Positions 29,416 to 39,882 of a stretch of 64,000 nucleotides of DNA are shown here, in pieces. The first letter of the stretch is position 1; each line of letters opens with the position of its first letter. Below the pieces are notes generated by a model that saw nothing but the letters and a program-made list of their open reading frames with translations, ran no database searches and was not told the DNA's origin. The DNA comes from Vampirovibrio chlorellavorus (lineage in GTDB: Bacteria; Cyanobacteriota; Vampirovibrionia; Vampirovibrionales; Vampirovibrionaceae): NCBI GenBank assembly GCA_001858525.1, contig LAPX01000009.1:3922-67921 (forward strand), read 5' to 3'. The position numbers were made by a program, and so were the translations under genes.

Positions 29416-30722
29416 CCCCCTCTGCCCGTCAAAAAATACGGGTGGGTATGGTGCTGGATCAACCCTTCCCCCCGGATGCCCGAGTGGAGCGGGAAGCCAT
29501 GGCCTTGGTGGCTGCTGGGTTTGAAGTGCATTTGTTGTGCGCGGTCCATCCAGACGACTTGAATACGACGGGGCGCTTGCGGGATGAAGCCTATGAGGGG
29601 TTTTATATCCACCGGGTCAACCCCAAGGAAGTGAGCATTGAGATTCCGCTGGTGAAAAAGCCTTCCCGCTTTTTGTACAAGGGCGCTTTGAAAAATTACT
29701 TCCACCACTTTAAAAACATCGATACCGCCTGGCACACCCTTATTCACCGCTTTTGCAAGAACTACAATATCCAGATCCTGCACATTCACGATTTACGTCT
29801 GGTGGATACCGGGCTGAGCGTGTCCGCTCGCTATGGTCTGCCTCTGGTGGCCGATTTACACGAAAATTATCCGGCCCTGATGCAGATGATGAAGGGTCGC
29901 CACAATGCGGAGCATGGCCTGAAGCAGCGACAACGCTGGGAGGAAATTGAACTCAATTCCATTCAACGGGCCACCCACGTCATTACCGTGACTCAGGAGG
30001 CCAAAGATCGTTTGCTGGCCAAAGGCTTGCCGGATTCCAAGGTGCTGGTCGTAGAAAATACGGTGGATACTGAGAAATTTTTGGCCGCTTCGGTCAATCA
30101 GGATGTTATTCGCCACTTTAAACCCAATTTTGTGCTCACTTATGTTGGGCATTTAAACGACACTCACCGGGGGATTCAAACGGTCATTGAGGCCATGGGT
30201 CTGCTGAAAGAAGAAATCCCCGAGTTGCGATTTATTGGGGCCGGGGCCATGCGGGAACCCTATTACCAAAAGCTGGAACCGCTGATTCAGCAGTATGGCC
30301 TGCAGGATCGGGTGCATTTTACCGGCTGGCTGGATGAAACCGACTTTGTGACTTACATTGAGGCCAGTGATATCTGCCTGTGTCCGCACTTGGTGAACGA
30401 TCACACCAATGCCACTTTTCCGAATAAAGTGTATTTGTATCATTTATTCAAAAAGCCCATTATTACGAGCAATGCCGTTCCTTTACAGCGTTATATAGAG
30501 AGTACCGGTGGCGGACTGGTCTTTCAGTCAGGCGATGCCCAGATGCTGGCCGAGCTGATTCGTCTGCTGTACAGCCGTTCGGATGTACGTCGGGAAATGG
30601 CCTTGCGAGGATTCCAGGCGGTCATGGAGCACTACAACTGGCAACAATCGGCCCGCCAATTCACGGAACTTTACCAGCAACTATCCAATGGCCTGCGACC
30701 CGCCATAGCCTCCCACGGATAG
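29379..30722 (+). CDS. Glycosyltransferase family 4
   Basis: FPPDARVEREA, ADLHENYP, RGI, FPNKVYLY..KPII. Confidence 0.88.
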   Translation: MLSVGDDASSVLTPSARQKIRVGMVLDQPFPPDARVEREAMALVAAGFEVHLLCAVHPDDLNTTGRLRDEAYEGFYIHRVNPKEVSIEIPLVKKPSRFLYKGALKNYFHHFKNIDTAWHTLIHRFCKNYNIQILHIHDLRLVDTGLSVSARYGLPLVADLHENYPALMQMMKGRHNAEHGLKQRQRWEEIELNSIQRATHVITVTQEAKDRLLAKGLPDSKVLVVENTVDTEKFLAASVNQDVIRHFKPNFVLTYVGHLNDTHRGIQTVIEAMGLLKEEIPELRFIGAGAMREPYYQKLEPLIQQYGLQDRVHFTGWLDETDFVTYIEASDICLCPHLVNDHTNATFPNKVYLYHLFKKPIITSNAVPLQRYIESTGGGLVFQSGDAQMLAELIRLLYSRSDVRREMALRGFQAVMEHYNWQQSARQFTELYQQLSNGLRPAIASHG

Positions 30723-30770
30723 GCAATTTCCGCAGCCCCAATGCCCTTTTGAGATGGAAAACAACGCATC

Positions 30771-32057
30771 ATGAACCCCTCCCTGGATCTCTCTACAAAG
30801 GCCGCCATGCCGCTCAATGCGCCCATTCGGGAAGACCTGGAAGCGTTGGCCCTCTCCTACCGAAATATTTGCGTGGTGGGTTTGGGATACGTGGGTTTGC
30901 CCACCGCCCTGCTGTTTGCCTTGCACGATTTTTCGGTACAGGGCGTGGATGTGAGCGAGCGGGTGCTGTCGAATCTTCGGGATTCCAAAGTGGGACTGGT
31001 GTATCCAGAGCTGGCCGACTGGTGGGAGGAAGTACAAGCCGAAGGCAACTTCAGGGCCTCTTCCGCTCCTGAGCCCGCCGATGTGTTTTTGATTACCGTG
31101 CCCACCCCGGTGCACGAGGCCGATAAGACCTGTGATCTGTCCATGGTGCGGGCGGCTACTGAATCGATTCTGCCAGTGTTGCGGCCAGGCAATCTGGTGA
31201 TTCTGGAATCCACCGTGCCGCCGGGCACCACCCGACAGCTTTTGAAACCACTGATTGAAGAGAAAACCGGCTTACGCGTGGGACAGGATATCTACCTGTG
31301 CTTCTCTCCGGAGCGGGTCTTGCCCGGCAATACCACGTATGAGCTGATTCACAACCACCGGGTCATCGGAGGCACCACCCCGGAAGCGGCCATCATTGGG
31401 CGAACGTTGCTGGGGCAGGTCATGCAGGGCGAGTTGTTCATTACCACCGATGTGTCTGCTGAGTTCTGCAAGCTGGCCGAGAATACCTACCGGGATGTAA
31501 ACATTGCTCTAGCCAATGAGCTGTCCATTTTGGCCGATGAATACGGTGTGGATATGAACGAGGCTCGCCAACTGATTAACATGCACCCTCGGGTGAACTT
31601 GCTAAAACCGGGCATTGGGGTGGGCGGTCACTGTATTGCTGTGGACCCCTGGTTCTTTGTTGAGGCTTCTCCCATCAATACCCGCCTGATTGCCACTTCT
31701 CGACTGGTAAACGACCGCATGCCGGACTATACCGTGCAGAAAATCCTGCAAGCGGTGGCCGATATCGAGCGGCCTCGCATTGTGCTGGTGGGTTTGTCCT
31801 ACAAGCCGGATGTGGCTGACACCCGGGAAAGCCCGGCCATGCGGGTGGTGGAGCTGTTGCAAGCTCAAGCCACTGTGGATGTGGTCACGTACGATCCGCT
31901 ACTGGAAGAATATGCTGGATTGACCTTGCAAGCCGTAACCCAAGGGGCGGACTATGTGGCCGTGTTGGTTGGTCACACGGCTGTCTTGGAAGCGCTGGCA
32001 TTGCACGGCGAGCCGATTCGCCAGGCCATGCGTACCCCCCGCATTCAGGTGTTTTAA
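30771..32057 (+). CDS. wecC: UDP-N-acetyl-hexosamine dehydrogenase (WecC-like)
   Basis: GLGYVGLP, ESTVPPGTT, PERVLPG, KLAENTYRDVNIA, GVGGHCI, YKPDVADTRESP. Confidence 0.85.
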   Translation: MNPSLDLSTKAAMPLNAPIREDLEALALSYRNICVVGLGYVGLPTALLFALHDFSVQGVDVSERVLSNLRDSKVGLVYPELADWWEEVQAEGNFRASSAPEPADVFLITVPTPVHEADKTCDLSMVRAATESILPVLRPGNLVILESTVPPGTTRQLLKPLIEEKTGLRVGQDIYLCFSPERVLPGNTTYELIHNHRVIGGTTPEAAIIGRTLLGQVMQGELFITTDVSAEFCKLAENTYRDVNIALANELSILADEYGVDMNEARQLINMHPRVNLLKPGIGVGGHCIAVDPWFFVEASPINTRLIATSRLVNDRMPDYTVQKILQAVADIERPRIVLVGLSYKPDVADTRESPAMRVVELLQAQATVDVVTYDPLLEEYAGLTLQAVTQGADYVAVLVGHTAVLEALALHGEPIRQAMRTPRIQVF

Positions 32058-32113
32058 AGCTGCGCCTAACAGGAAAAACTACAGGGCAGGTACAGGCAGG
32101 AACGTTGGCGGGC

Positions 32114-32890
32114 TTAGCTCAGAGAGGTGACGCCCATCAACTCTTTAAGGGCCTTCGATTTGTCGGCATTGGGCGCATCATCGGTCATGGCCTTGGCAAA
32201 ATCCACCATCGCTTTATGGTGTAAGTTCGGGCCAAATCCCGCTGTTTCAAAAGCGTTGGCCAGTTTGGGGTTTCCTGCTTTGGCCGCCTGCGAGGTCAGG
32301 TTCCAGCCTTTGTCATTTTGGGTGGGCAAGTCCAAAACTTTGACCAACCGGCGCACGGTTTCCGGGTAATTGGCAGCCTTTTCAAACAGTAAATGCGGGT
32401 CTTTCTTGAAAACCGCATTTAACTTGTTTTTTAAATCGTTAAAAACCTCCGGTTTGTCCGCTGATTTTTCCAAGTCAGCCAGCATGCCTTTTGCAAAGTC
32501 ATTGATAAGGGTGAAATCATCATCTGGAGTGTTTTCAATTACTTTTTTAAATCTTGCTGTGAATACCGATTTGAGTTCTGTAAAATTGCTTGGTATAGCA
32601 ACGCCCGAGTCAATGGCGGTGTATATATCGGTTAATGTTTTTTCTAATAATGAATTTTTTGAAATGGTGTCTCCATTGGTTGAAATGCTTTGGAATTTAT
32701 CCAGTTTCTCCAACAGGCTCCAACAATTTTCAATACTCTCTGGCTGGGTTGAAAAATAGCCTTGCGTGTTAATTAGTTTTTCTTGAGTTTTAATGGGTGT
32801 TGCTGGAGTGTTAGCGGGTGTTGCTGGAGTGTTTCTAATGGTGCTTCTAATGGGGCGTTTAAAAAAGTCGTTTGGTAACTCAAACAACAT
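32114..32890 (-). CDS. Hypothetical protein, AT-rich 5' half, single ankyrin-like motif
   Basis: GAGGA RBS; NTPATPANTPATP repeat; QNDKGWNLTSQAAKAGN. Confidence 0.6.
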   Translation of the reverse strand: MLFELPNDFFKRPIRSTIRNTPATPANTPATPIKTQEKLINTQGYFSTQPESIENCWSLLEKLDKFQSISTNGDTISKNSLLEKTLTDIYTAIDSGVAIPSNFTELKSVFTARFKKVIENTPDDDFTLINDFAKGMLADLEKSADKPEVFNDLKNKLNAVFKKDPHLLFEKAANYPETVRRLVKVLDLPTQNDKGWNLTSQAAKAGNPKLANAFETAGFGPNLHHKAMVDFAKAMTDDAPNADKSKALKELMGVTSLS

Positions 32891-33009
32891 AGTCAGTCAT
32901 CCTCAGTTTGGTATCCAGTGCAGTTGTTTATTTGGGCATATGAAAATTGGACACATCAAAATGATGCGCTTCTCAATTTTTTTCAAAATCATGCCCTGAC
33001 AGGCGGCTT

Positions 33010-33141
33010 ATCATTCCCGCGCAGGCGAGAATCCCGGGAGTCCATCCTGGCACAAGACGTTGGGAGTAGAACCCAATAATCGTCGGTTTCAATTAAATAA
33101 AAGTAGTTCGCAAACTGGATTCCCACCTTCGTGGGGATGAC
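33010..33141. repeat. Inverted pair of REP/dRS3-like palindromes (REPIN-like)
   Basis: TCATTCCCGCGCAGGCGAGAATCC ... GGATTCCCACCTTCGTGGGGATGAC; ATTCCC-N8-GGGAAT type. Confidence 0.78.
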
Positions 33142-33154
33142 AACCACCAGTGGA

Positions 33155-34159
33155 TTAGACGTTATAGATGCCCGTTTTATAAAGCCCCAAGCTGGCTTCA
33201 ATGGCTTCAATGGTCTGGCTTAGCCCTTGGCGGAAATTTGTTTGGGACTGCCAGTTCAGCAATTCCTGGGCTTTGCGGTTGTCGGCCAATAAAAGTCCCA
33301 CTTCGCTTTTCTCAGGCCGAATCCGCTGGGCTTCCGTGATTACCGGAATATTCGGTTGCCCCAGAATATCCAGAATCAGGTTCAGCGTATCCCCGATGGT
33401 TTGGGTCTGCCCGCTGCCCACGTTGATCACCTGTCCCACGCTTTGATCACATTCAGCCACCCGAATAAAGCCCTGGGCGGTATCTTTCACAAAGGTGAAA
33501 TCCCGCTGGGGATCCAGAGAGCCGACCTTGATGGGTTGTCGGGTTTTGTCATAGGCCAGCGCTTGGCTAATGATAGTGGGAATGATGGCGCGGGCCGATT
33601 GACGGGGGCCGAAGGTGTTGAAGGGCCGAATGGTGGCCACCGGCAAATCGAAGGAGAGAAAGTAGCTTTCCGCCATTTTATCGGCGGCGATTTTGCTGGC
33701 AGAATAAGGGGATTGCCCTTGCAGCGGATGGGCCTCATCAATGGGCGTGTATAAGGCCGTCCCATATGTTTCGCTGGTGGAAGTGTGCACCAGTTTTTGC
33801 ACGCCCTCACTGCGGCAGGCTTCCAGCACGTTCAGGGTGCCCTGCACGTTTACGTTCACATAGTGTTGGGGGGCTACGTAAGAGTATGGAATCCCGATTA
33901 AAGCGGCCAAGTGAAACACAGCGGCACAGCCTTTGACCGCCTGACGCACCAGAAAGGGATCGGTGATATCGCCGCTGATAATGTCCAGTTGCGCTTGTAA
34001 CTCAGGGGGCAGTTGCTCTAAATTGCCCCAATCGTTGCGGGAGTTGTATTTGACCAGCGCTCGCACCCGACAGCCTTTGGCCAGCAGGGCTTCTACCAAA
34101 TGACTGCCAATAAAACCACCCGCCCCGGTGACCAAAACTGTTTGATTGCTTAAATCCAT
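33155..34159 (-). CDS. NAD-dependent nucleotide-sugar 4,6-dehydratase (LegB-like)
   Basis: TGAGGFIGSHL, HLAALIGIPYSY, STSETYG, QSPYSASK, RPFNTFGPRQSARA. Confidence 0.88.
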   Translation of the reverse strand: MDLSNQTVLVTGAGGFIGSHLVEALLAKGCRVRALVKYNSRNDWGNLEQLPPELQAQLDIISGDITDPFLVRQAVKGCAAVFHLAALIGIPYSYVAPQHYVNVNVQGTLNVLEACRSEGVQKLVHTSTSETYGTALYTPIDEAHPLQGQSPYSASKIAADKMAESYFLSFDLPVATIRPFNTFGPRQSARAIIPTIISQALAYDKTRQPIKVGSLDPQRDFTFVKDTAQGFIRVAECDQSVGQVINVGSGQTQTIGDTLNLILDILGQPNIPVITEAQRIRPEKSEVGLLLADNRKAQELLNWQSQTNFRQGLSQTIEAIEASLGLYKTGIYNV

Positions 34160-34206
34160 GAGAACAAACCCCTAATACTCAATATATACAAATAAATCTC
34201 AATAAA

Positions 34207-35178
34207 TTATTGTGTGTGCGATTTTACCGAAGGCACTGATTCTCCGATGTGTTCCCGCCAGTATTCAAGCTCCTGTTTCAATCCAGTGTTCAAATCCACT
34301 TGTGGATGCCAACCGGTCTGTTCCTGAATTTTGTTAATATTTGCCCAGCTTCGGTCTTCCTGCTGTACGCCATGAAATTTTAATTGCACCTTCTCGCGCT
34401 GATCAGGGGTCAGCTTGGCATTAAACAATAACAGTTCCAAAATGTCTTTCAGGGCAGTGGACTGCCCGGAGGCGATGTTATACACCTGCCCGCTCAGTTC
34501 ATTTTGGGTGCGACTGTTGCTGAGAGCAGTCAGCGCCTTGACCACGTCATCAATGTGAATAAAATCGCGGTAACTTCTCAGGTTGAATACATGGACTTCG
34601 GCGGGGGACGGGGCGAGCGCTTCGGCTTGGGCAATTTGGGCAGCCAATGCGGCAATGGCCAAGTGCCTTGCGGTATGGCCATAAGCGTTAAACACCCGTG
34701 CGATGATCACCGGTAAATTGTAGCGCCGGGCAAAGCTTTGGGCAATTAGAGTCTGGGCCAGCTTGGCAATGCCGTACTCCCCTTCGGGCTGACAGGGGGT
34801 ATTTTCCTCCACAGGCTCATCCCGCAAGCCGTATTCCGCAGCGGAACCCACCACGATTACTTTGGGGTGCAGGCCCGTATCCACCACTGTTTGCAACAAG
34901 CGCCGGGTGCCTTCGGCATTGACCCGCAATTGATGCTCAAAGGGAGACTTCGGGCTGGTGCCAATACAGTGATAAATCACATCGGGTTTGACTTGCCCCA
35001 GCCAATGCAAAAGATCGGCCTCCAGCAGGTTTCCTTCCAGGCTGTTATTGGGGACCAGCTTGCTATCGTAGGTTTGGTTAAACCCAAACACCTCGGTATC
35101 GGGTAGCGAGAGCAAGTGCCGGGCCAGGTGTCCGCCAATATACCCGTTGCTGCCGGTAACCAGAATCCGCTGCGCCAT
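34207..35178 (-). CDS. NAD-dependent epimerase/reductase (Rmd-like)
   Basis: TGSNGYIG, GSAAEYG, YGIAK, RDFIHIDD. Confidence 0.82.
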   Translation of the reverse strand: MAQRILVTGSNGYIGGHLARHLLSLPDTEVFGFNQTYDSKLVPNNSLEGNLLEADLLHWLGQVKPDVIYHCIGTSPKSPFEHQLRVNAEGTRRLLQTVVDTGLHPKVIVVGSAAEYGLRDEPVEENTPCQPEGEYGIAKLAQTLIAQSFARRYNLPVIIARVFNAYGHTARHLAIAALAAQIAQAEALAPSPAEVHVFNLRSYRDFIHIDDVVKALTALSNSRTQNELSGQVYNIASGQSTALKDILELLLFNAKLTPDQREKVQLKFHGVQQEDRSWANINKIQEQTGWHPQVDLNTGLKQELEYWREHIGESVPSVKSHTQ

Positions 35179-35181
35179 AGA

Positions 35182-35988
35182 CTAACTGGTGACCTCTGGT
35201 CGTTCTGTGGGGAGTAGCAGTTCCCGCTTGGTTTTGAAGTCATTGACGGCGGTTTCGTAATCATCCACCCGGCCAATGTCCAGCCAATAGCTATTAAACG
35301 GGTAGGCCTGAATGGCTTGCTGCTGTTGAATCAGTGTTTTCATCAGTTGATCGAAGCCAAAAAAGGTATTTTCAGGAATAAATTCCCGCACGGCCCGGTT
35401 GAACACGTAAATGCCCATGCTCACGGAATGTTCCAGCATGGGTTTTTCAATAAAGTTGTGAATGCGGTGGCTGAGGCTGTCGAACTCCAGCACCCCGAAA
35501 TCAATTTTGGAGGTGCGTCGGTACACGGCAATGGTGGCCAAATTGGGTGCTTGATCCGGGCGGGTTTGGCAGTGGAAATCAAACAAGGCCCGGAAGTTGA
35601 TATCGGAGACGATGTCGGCGTTCATCACCAGAAAGTTTTCCGGCAAGTCGTCCAGGGCCCGCAGGGGACCCGCGGTGCCTAGGGGCTGATCTTCCCGGGC
35701 GTAGGTTATGGAAATGCCCAGTTTGCGGCCATCTCCAAAGAAGGCTTCAATCAATTCGCTAAGGTGCCCAACGGCCAGCGTGATGTCAGTGAAGCCATGT
35801 GCTTTCAGCTGCCGTAACACCAGTTCCAGCACCGGCATTTCTTCCAGCGGCACCAAGGCTTTGGGAAAGAGGGTGGTATATGGCTTCAGGCGGGTTCCCT
35901 GACCACCGGCCAAAATAATGGCCCGACCGGGTTGCGGGTTCGCGCTAGATGAATTGGCGCTAGATGAGCTAGATGAAAAAGCCGACAT
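35182..35988 (-). CDS. Sugar-phosphate nucleotidyltransferase
   Basis: ILAGGQGTRLKPYT..PK, EDQPLGTAG, WLDIG. Confidence 0.9.
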   Translation of the reverse strand: MSAFSSSSSSANSSSANPQPGRAIILAGGQGTRLKPYTTLFPKALVPLEEMPVLELVLRQLKAHGFTDITLAVGHLSELIEAFFGDGRKLGISITYAREDQPLGTAGPLRALDDLPENFLVMNADIVSDINFRALFDFHCQTRPDQAPNLATIAVYRRTSKIDFGVLEFDSLSHRIHNFIEKPMLEHSVSMGIYVFNRAVREFIPENTFFGFDQLMKTLIQQQQAIQAYPFNSYWLDIGRVDDYETAVNDFKTKRELLLPTERPEVTS

Positions 35989-36113
35989 GCCGAAATCCTT
36001 GGTTTGAGCGCACTTTGTGGCAGTGAAAGTGTGCCCAATATACCATAAACCAGCGCCCGTTCGGGGAGTCTCGAATGGCTATAGCCTGTCTTTGTTTACG
36101 TTATAGTAATGCA

Positions 36114-36608
36114 ATGACTACACTCCATCCCTCTGAGCGCCCCCAACCACCGTCCACCTTGGGCTGGCGACTGGCTCATGTTGGCGATCAGGCCCACCTG
36201 TGCCGCCTGATTACCGCCATGGCGCTGGAAAGTGAAAACCGCCAACTGCATGCGGAAACACTTTCCGCGGGGGTGGCGGCCGTATTTGAACAGCCCAGCC
36301 GGGGGACCTACTGGGTATTGTGCGCCGGGGAAGCGCCGGTGGGGTGCACCCTGATTACTCCGGAATGGAGTGACTGGAACAACGCCACTTACTGGTGGAT
36401 TCAGAGTTTGTACATCGAACCGGCCCATCGTGGGCTGGGGGGCTTTGAGTTGCTGTTGGTTGAACTCGAAAAGTCAGCCCCAGCGGGCCATGTCCCGGAA
36501 TTGCGGTTATACGTGGAACAGCACAACCAGCGAGCCCTGCGAGTCTATTTACGCAACGGGTTTGAAGGCCAGCATTATCACTGCATGACGAAAACTCTTT
36601 CTCACTAG
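36114..36608 (+). CDS. GNAT N-acetyltransferase
   Basis: EWSDW, WWIQSLYIEPAHRGLG, LRLYVEQHNQRA..Y. Confidence 0.88.
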   Translation: MTTLHPSERPQPPSTLGWRLAHVGDQAHLCRLITAMALESENRQLHAETLSAGVAAVFEQPSRGTYWVLCAGEAPVGCTLITPEWSDWNNATYWWIQSLYIEPAHRGLGGFELLLVELEKSAPAGHVPELRLYVEQHNQRALRVYLRNGFEGQHYHCMTKTLSH

Positions 36609-36636
36609 CTTCTGGCTTGTAAGAGGAACGCTAACT

Positions 36637-38139
36637 TTAACAAGAAACGCCCTTACTGAGAACCCGGTCTACGCATTGCTGCCAGCCCGCTAATAAGCGT
36701 TCCCGCTCCTGAGCGGACATGCGGGGTTCAAAGCGTTGTACGGGTTCCGGCAAGGTTTTAATGGCCTCCGGGTTAGGCCAAAAGCCAACGGCCAAGCCCG
36801 CCAAGTACCCGGCTCCTTTGGCGGTCAACTCCGGATCATCGGTCCGCTCCACCGGTACGTTTAAAATATCGGCCAAAAACTGCATTAAAAAGTCGGATCG
36901 GGTCACCCCGCCATCGACGCGCAAGCGCTCCAGTGTCAGCCCTGCCTCCGATTGCATGGCGGCCAGAACTGCCTGGGTCTGATAGGCCATGGATTCCAGG
37001 GCGGCCCGCACAAAGTGGGCTTTTCCGGTGTCCTGGGTAATGCCAAACACGGCCCCCCGGGCGTTACTATCCCAGTAGGGGGCGCCCAAGCCGGCAAAGG
37101 CGGGTACCAGATACACCCCCTCATTGCTGGCAAGCCTGTGGGCCAGCACGTCGATTTCCCGCACATGGGCAAAGGCGTCCAGCTTTTTATTCAGCCATTC
37201 CAAAGTAGCCCCGGCGAAGAAGATGGCCCCCTCCAATGCGTAGGCGGGCTTACCGTGGGCCTCGGTGGCCAAGGTGGTCAGCAACCCTTGGGTGGAATGA
37301 ACCGGGGTTTGCCCGGTGTTCATGACCAAAAAGGCTCCGGTGCCGTAAGTGCTTTTGGCAGTGCCGGGCAGCCAGCATTTCTGGCCATGCAAGGCGGCCT
37401 GTTGATCGCCCACGATGCCCGCCAAGGGCACGGCCACGCCCTCGGTCAAGCGTGTGTCAATCATCCCGATGGGCTCAGAAGAGCCCACCACCTTGGGCAA
37501 AATAGCCGCCGGAATTTCAAACAGATCCAGCAGATCGGCGTCCCAGGCCCGTTGGTGAATGTTAAACACCATGGTGCGGGAGGCGTTGGTTAAATCAGTC
37601 ACATGGCACTCTCCGCCACTGAGTTTCCATAAAATGTAAGTGTCCACTGTGCCAAACCGCAACCGATGGTCGGCTAGCAACTGCTGGGCTTTTGGCACGT
37701 TTTGCAGCATCCAGCGGATTTTAGAGGCCGAAAAATAGGCGTCGATGACCAGCCCTGTTTTATCCTGAATCATGGGGCCGTGGCCCAGACGCTTGAGTTC
37801 CTCACAAAACTCTGCGGTGCGACGGCATTGCCACACAATGGCGTTGTAGATCGGTTGACCCGTTTGAGAATCCCACAAAATGACCGTTTCCCGCTGGTTG
37901 GTCAATCCGGCCACTGCCAGATTTTCCCAGCTTAGCCCAGCTTCCTGTAATGCGGCCCGGGCCACTTGCAGGGTAATGTCCCACAGTTCAGTGGGGTTGT
38001 GTTCTACCCAGCCGGGTTGAGGATAAATCTGCTCAAAGTTCTGCTGGTTGCGGGCAATAATGGTGCCATTGGCATCCATAATGCAGGCCCGAATGCTGGT
38101 GGTGCCGTGATCAAAAACCAAAACGTGAGAGCGGTTCAC
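36637..38139 (-). CDS. glpK: Glycerol kinase
   Basis: DHGTTS, PQPGWVEH, TNQRET, WQCRRT, GDQQAAL, KSTYGTG, GLGAPYW. Confidence 0.96.
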   Translation of the reverse strand: MNRSHVLVFDHGTTSIRACIMDANGTIIARNQQNFEQIYPQPGWVEHNPTELWDITLQVARAALQEAGLSWENLAVAGLTNQRETVILWDSQTGQPIYNAIVWQCRRTAEFCEELKRLGHGPMIQDKTGLVIDAYFSASKIRWMLQNVPKAQQLLADHRLRFGTVDTYILWKLSGGECHVTDLTNASRTMVFNIHQRAWDADLLDLFEIPAAILPKVVGSSEPIGMIDTRLTEGVAVPLAGIVGDQQAALHGQKCWLPGTAKSTYGTGAFLVMNTGQTPVHSTQGLLTTLATEAHGKPAYALEGAIFFAGATLEWLNKKLDAFAHVREIDVLAHRLASNEGVYLVPAFAGLGAPYWDSNARGAVFGITQDTGKAHFVRAALESMAYQTQAVLAAMQSEAGLTLERLRVDGGVTRSDFLMQFLADILNVPVERTDDPELTAKGAGYLAGLAVGFWPNPEAIKTLPEPVQRFEPRMSAQERERLLAGWQQCVDRVLSKGVSC

Positions 38140-38143
38140 CGAA

Positions 38144-38377
38144 TTAGACCTCAAAAGGACGGGTCACACTTTCCCCGTCTTCCTGCAAGGTTTTGACCAA
38201 CTCTTCCACCTTGCCCCGGGCTTCGTTCAGCTTGGTTTGGCAAACTTTAATGTGGCCCACCCCGTCTTCAAACAAGGTCAGGGCCTCTTCCAGAGGCAAC
38301 GATTCAGAGCGAAAGCGCTCCACGATTTCTTCCAGTGCCTGGGAGGATTCCGAGAATGTGGGTGTCTTGGCAGCCAT
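38144..38377 (-). CDS. xseB: Exodeoxyribonuclease VII small subunit
   Basis: LEEIV...LPLEEALTLFEDG; follows xseA. Confidence 0.92.
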   Translation of the reverse strand: MAAKTPTFSESSQALEEIVERFRSESLPLEEALTLFEDGVGHIKVCQTKLNEARGKVEELVKTLQEDGESVTRPFEV

Positions 38378-38415
38378 GTGGGTTTGTCCTTGTTCGTAGT
38401 TGTTCAAATTAAAAT

Positions 38416-39732
38416 TTACGGAAGCTTCGGGGAGGGCAGTGTTTCCAGGGCTTGTACCTGTTTTACCAGTGCGGATACTGTGCCGTCCGCCAAACGCAGC
38501 TCGAAATTTTCACCGGCTTTCAGTTGCTGCACGGAGCGAACCACCTGACCTTGGGCCGTGCTGGCCACCCCATAGCCCCGGGCCAAGGTGGTCAGTGGGT
38601 TGTAGGCATTCAACACCGAGACCGACTCGGCCAAGCCCTGTTCTTTCTTTTGAAACAGCAAATCAAAGCGAGACAGCAAACGCTCTTTCTTTTGAACCAG
38701 CTGGTGGCCGCAACTTACCAGATAACTTTGGTGCAATTCCACCATGCGGGTGGCATTTAAATCCAGGGTTTGCTCGTGATAGAGAATGACCTCTGCCATG
38801 GATTCCATCAGTTCCCGGGCCATGTTGCTCTGATTCTCGATGATGGCCTGCAAGTCGGGCACGGCCCAATCAGCGGCCGCAGTCGGTGTGGAGGCGGAAT
38901 AATCGGCGGCGGCATCGGCCAGGGCGTAATCCGGCTCATGCCCAATGCCAGTGACGACTGGAATCTGGCTTTCAAAAATGGCTCGCACCACGGGCTCTTC
39001 GCTAAAGCAGAACAGGTCTTCAAAGGAGCCGCCCCCACGTCCCACAATTAATGTATCCAGCTGGTAATGGGGATGGTTCAATTCCCGGATGGCTGCGGCG
39101 ATTTCCTGAGCGGCCCCTTCCCCTTGGACTTTGACCGGATGCAGCAAGACATCCACCATGGGGTTTTTGCGGCGAATGACCCGTAGCATGTCGTGAATGA
39201 CCGCCCCGGTGGAAGAAGTGACAATGCCAATGCGCTGGGGAAATTCCGGAATTTCCTGCTTGTACTCTTCCATAAACAGCCCTTCGGCTTCCAGTCGGGC
39301 TTTAATTTGCTGGAAGGCCAGTTGCAATGCGCCCACGCCCACCGGTTCCATTTTGCTGCCCACAATGGAGTAGCTGCCACTGGGGCGATAAATTTCCAGA
39401 CGCCCGGTGAGGTAAACCTCCAGACCGTCTTGCAGGTCAAAGGTCAGCCGATTGGCCGTGCTGGCCCATAAAATGCCGTTGATAGAGGCCCCTTCGTCTT
39501 TGAGGGTGTAGTAGACGTGCCCCCGCGAAGAGCGTTTGACGTTGGAAATTTCCCCTTGAATGACCACGGCATGGCCAAGCACCGGATGCTCGCCAATGGC
39601 CTCTTCCAACAAAGTGGTAATTTCAGAGACTGAGTAACTGCTTTTTTCATTGGCAGGGTGACCGCCCAGCAGGGCTGAAAAATCAAGTTGCTGCTGGCTT
39701 ACACTGCCTATTTTGGCTTTTCGGGGTGACAT
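38416..39732 (-). CDS. xseA: Exodeoxyribonuclease VII large subunit
   Basis: GEISN, GHVYYTLKD, VQGEGA, GRGGGSFEDL, GIGHE, TPTAAA, LARGY. Confidence 0.95.
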   Translation of the reverse strand: MSPRKAKIGSVSQQQLDFSALLGGHPANEKSSYSVSEITTLLEEAIGEHPVLGHAVVIQGEISNVKRSSRGHVYYTLKDEGASINGILWASTANRLTFDLQDGLEVYLTGRLEIYRPSGSYSIVGSKMEPVGVGALQLAFQQIKARLEAEGLFMEEYKQEIPEFPQRIGIVTSSTGAVIHDMLRVIRRKNPMVDVLLHPVKVQGEGAAQEIAAAIRELNHPHYQLDTLIVGRGGGSFEDLFCFSEEPVVRAIFESQIPVVTGIGHEPDYALADAAADYSASTPTAAADWAVPDLQAIIENQSNMARELMESMAEVILYHEQTLDLNATRMVELHQSYLVSCGHQLVQKKERLLSRFDLLFQKKEQGLAESVSVLNAYNPLTTLARGYGVASTAQGQVVRSVQQLKAGENFELRLADGTVSALVKQVQALETLPSPKLP

Positions 39733-39882
39733 TACAGTTTCTCGTACTTCTTGAGCAACTTTATGAATAGACTGGCTCCACGCAATGGATGGATTAGGAG
39801 GGATTAAACCATCCAATATGAACAGAATACTATAAAGCAGAGCCGGGTTGCTCTTTCTATGTTCAGATAATCAAGCTGACTC

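Noticed and set aside
35941-35978. Triple GCTAGATGA repeat
   Set aside because: A short slippage repeat encoding a Ser-rich N-terminal linker; no sign of function.
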